This document shows, piece after piece, positions 61,952 to 64,000 of a stretch of 64,000 nucleotides of DNA (position 1 is the stretch's first letter; every line of letters starts with the position of its first letter). Origin of the DNA: an uncultured Lentisphaerota bacterium (GTDB taxonomy: Bacteria > Verrucomicrobiota > Lentisphaeria > Oligosphaerales > CAITYL01); contig CAIXRA010000003.1 of assembly GCA_903921725.1 (NCBI GenBank), positions 39,428 to 103,427 of the forward strand. The letters are read 5' to 3'. The notes under the pieces are model-generated. The model searched no databases. It saw only the letters and a program-made list of their open reading frames with translations, and had not been told where the DNA came from. The position numbers and the translations under genes were made by a program.

Positions 61952-63187
61952 TCACTCATCAAGTTCCTCCCCCAGCGGAGATTCTTCTGTGACAACATTA
62001 TTGGGCTGGGGCAGCTGGGGGAACCTACTCTGTTCGACGCATTTTAAGCACTCCGAAAGTTCGGCATACTTCTGCGCGTCTACTGCATCGTAAGAACCTT
62101 TGCTTGCCAGCAATAACTGCTGGCGGGCCATCGACAATCGTTTCAGATACGGAATAACCACGCCACTTACCAGCGATACGAAGGAATCCATGTTTTGCGC
62201 GGTATTGGGAATTTTATACCCTTTGTTACTGCTGGCGATAATAACGCCCTGGCTTCGCAACTTGCCAACGACCTGTGCTCGGAATGTTTGGTGAGTTATT
62301 GGTTCTGGCGTAAACTTGTTAAGGTGTCGAATAATTTCATCTGTATAGACATATTGTGCAGGATCGACTTCATATCGAAACAGTAAGTATCGAAGTGTCT
62401 CTACCTGTACTTCAATCCGCGGGTCATCACTGCCTACATTTGTTGCAAAGAAATCACGAGCAAGCATGATTCCTTGCTGGGCGACCAAATGGTCATGCCG
62501 TTCTTTGTCTTCAATCTCCCCTAATACATCCGGCCTTTTAATGTTGGGCGGCCAGCGCTCGATGATTATGGCCGAGCCGGAGAGTAACGCCAGTACATCA
62601 TCGGGATCACTGCCGGAATAGACGCGCAAGAGGGAACCGGCGATAATGTCTGCGGCCTGCACCAAAGGCTCCGTTGCGCTGTTCGCAAAACGACAGTCCG
62701 CATGGTCAAACAACTCTTTCTGGTATCGCTCCTCCATGTATTTCCGGAAACCGTCCATAAAGTCTGGACTTCCATGCTCGTCCGCAACAACATGCAGGCT
62801 CGCAAAAGCACGGTAGAGCCTTTTGTAGAGTCGGCCATGCAGATACTTGATGAATGATTTTTTGTACTGCAGGCCGGAGGTCGCATCAATATCGTTTTTA
62901 TCTACCACAAATGCACAAAATTTGATACCGGTCGCAACCAGAGCATTTAGGACGTCTTTTCTTCGCGCCAAATTTCCCCCAATGTTAGACGACTTCAGCT
63001 CTCCTTTTCCGCAAAACTTTGATCGAACTTGATCAACTTTGGCGGCAATGGCATCTTTGGCGTTTTCATCCACCAGCACTGCACAGACAACGTAAAATGA
63101 GGACACGTTTTTCTTATGTAGCCCCAAGTGCGGATCACCGGCTTCGTCAATAAACGCCCACTGAGTTGTCTGGGGAATCTCGTTCAT
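61952..63187 (-). CDS. DUF3800 domain protein with C-terminal winged-helix-like domain
   Basis: WAFIDEAGDP...FYVVCAVLV...LVQAADIIAGSL (DUF3800 pattern) and a C-terminal KLRSQGVIIASSNKGYKIP wHTH-like region. ATGA overlap with the hsdS stop. Confidence 0.8.
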   Translation of the reverse strand: MNEIPQTTQWAFIDEAGDPHLGLHKKNVSSFYVVCAVLVDENAKDAIAAKVDQVRSKFCGKGELKSSNIGGNLARRKDVLNALVATGIKFCAFVVDKNDIDATSGLQYKKSFIKYLHGRLYKRLYRAFASLHVVADEHGSPDFMDGFRKYMEERYQKELFDHADCRFANSATEPLVQAADIIAGSLLRVYSGSDPDDVLALLSGSAIIIERWPPNIKRPDVLGEIEDKERHDHLVAQQGIMLARDFFATNVGSDDPRIEVQVETLRYLLFRYEVDPAQYVYTDEIIRHLNKFTPEPITHQTFRAQVVGKLRSQGVIIASSNKGYKIPNTAQNMDSFVSLVSGVVIPYLKRLSMARQQLLLASKGSYDAVDAQKYAELSECLKCVEQSRFPQLPQPNNVVTEESPLGEELDE

Positions 63188-64000
63188 GACTTGCCCCGAC
63201 GATCAGGATGCATTGGGCCGGTCAGTAATGCTTGGCTTAGTGCGGATTTTATGTTTTGTAACCGCATGAACTGGTTAATCTGTTCGTTGCGAACAACGTC
63301 GATTTGTTTTACCGTTTTAGCAATTTGCTGCTGGTCGCTCAATTTGGGAAGGGGGATTGGCAGCGCCTCAAGTATAGCCCGATCAATTTTCTTCATTGAC
63401 CCACTGGTTCCCCGGGCGGTCCGTTCAAAATAAGCTCTACTTGCAGCGGAAAGAAACGCATACGACACAAAGTCGTTATCCACCTTTTTGGGATCGATCC
63501 GAACTCGCATCAGCAAATCTGAATACGAACATCGCGACGGTTTGCCAGAATACACGCCGGCAAGTCCAACTAACTCTTGCGTATTGGAGCGGCTAACAAC
63601 AATGTCGCCAACTTCCAATACGTTTTGTAGAACTCTTTCATCTTCGAGCGGCGCTGGTTTGACTCCCTTTTCGTTGTAGCCCTCTGAAGAAACGGCGGAA
63701 AGGGTTAGTATCCAAATCCCAGACGCCTCCCGTGGACAGACAGGCGAATATCCATTCTTTATAGGTTCTCGCAATAGACTTCCTAATGGTACAACTGACC
63801 AAGTTGCCGGATACTGCGACAGCCATTTGCATGATTTTAACTTTGCTTTTTTTCCCGGTACCCCATGGGTAAGCAGGTCATTGAGGATCGCAGACTTGAG
63901 GCAGCGGGTCTGGGCGATGACGGCATGGGTGGCGTCAATCGCGGCGTCCACGGCGTTCAGGATCTCGGCGATGCGACGCTGTTCGGGAAGAGAGGGTGCC
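63184..64000 (-). CDS. hsdS: type I restriction-modification specificity subunit (partial, continues beyond the window edge)
   Basis: Conserved central/C-terminal helices LPEQRRIAEILNAVDAAIDATHAVIAQTRCLKSAILNDLLTHG and LPIPLPKLSDQQQIAKTVKQIDVVRNEQINQFMRLQNIKSALSQALLTG flank one target-recognition domain. The frame is open to nt 64000. Confidence 0.88.
   Translation of the reverse strand, partial: APSLPEQRRIAEILNAVDAAIDATHAVIAQTRCLKSAILNDLLTHGVPGKKAKLKSCKWLSQYPATWSVVPLGSLLREPIKNGYSPVCPREASGIWILTLSAVSSEGYNEKGVKPAPLEDERVLQNVLEVGDIVVSRSNTQELVGLAGVYSGKPSRCSYSDLLMRVRIDPKKVDNDFVSYAFLSAASRAYFERTARGTSGSMKKIDRAILEALPIPLPKLSDQQQIAKTVKQIDVVRNEQINQFMRLQNIKSALSQALLTGPMHPDRRGKS

Overview
High-G+C bacterial chromosomal segment. 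The gene content (DUF1501 / DUF1549-DUF1553 pair, type III glutamine synthetase, rubrerythrin) suggests a PVC-superphylum organism; this is inference only. Nt 1-44,500 is a housekeeping core: family-4 UDG, engB, cls, prfC, glnN-gltB-gltD, efp-epmA, lon, pyrC, ftsK, lpxB, tcdA, murJ. It contains a few small accessory insertions: an IS630 remnant, a lower-GC tail fused to lpxB, and an orphan antitoxin-like ORF. Nt 44,600-53,000 is a transition zone with HEAT-repeat and helical hypothetical genes, a lower-GC ORF joining an IS21 IstA-type N-terminal HTH to Sel1-like repeats, hairpin repeats, a DUF1573 gene, and an IS66 element (tnpA/B/C) with a duplicated 148-nt terminus abutting a truncated IS3-family element. 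Nt 53,000-64,000 is a visibly lower-G+C island holding one long co-directional minus-strand operon: hsdS (partial at the window edge), DUF3800-wHTH, two ComEC-type MBL-fold hydrolases, a patatin-like phospholipase, an untracked 59-aa ORF, a small 3-TM protein, an AlbA_2/HATPase_c_4 protein, hsdR and a YgjP-type HExxH protease. The roughly 5 kb, tightly coupled cassette lying between hsdS and hsdR is my best candidate for an undescribed defence (abortive-infection-like) system. Its core is the MBL-MBL-patatin trio plus the small protein and TM protein. Secondary leads are a lipoprotein-type rubrerythrin translationally coupled to a NOX-like transmembrane ferric-reductase flavocytochrome, and short-period tandem repeats plus a 50-nt dispersed repeat in intergenic DNA. 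All functional calls rest on motif recognition by eye. No database search was run.
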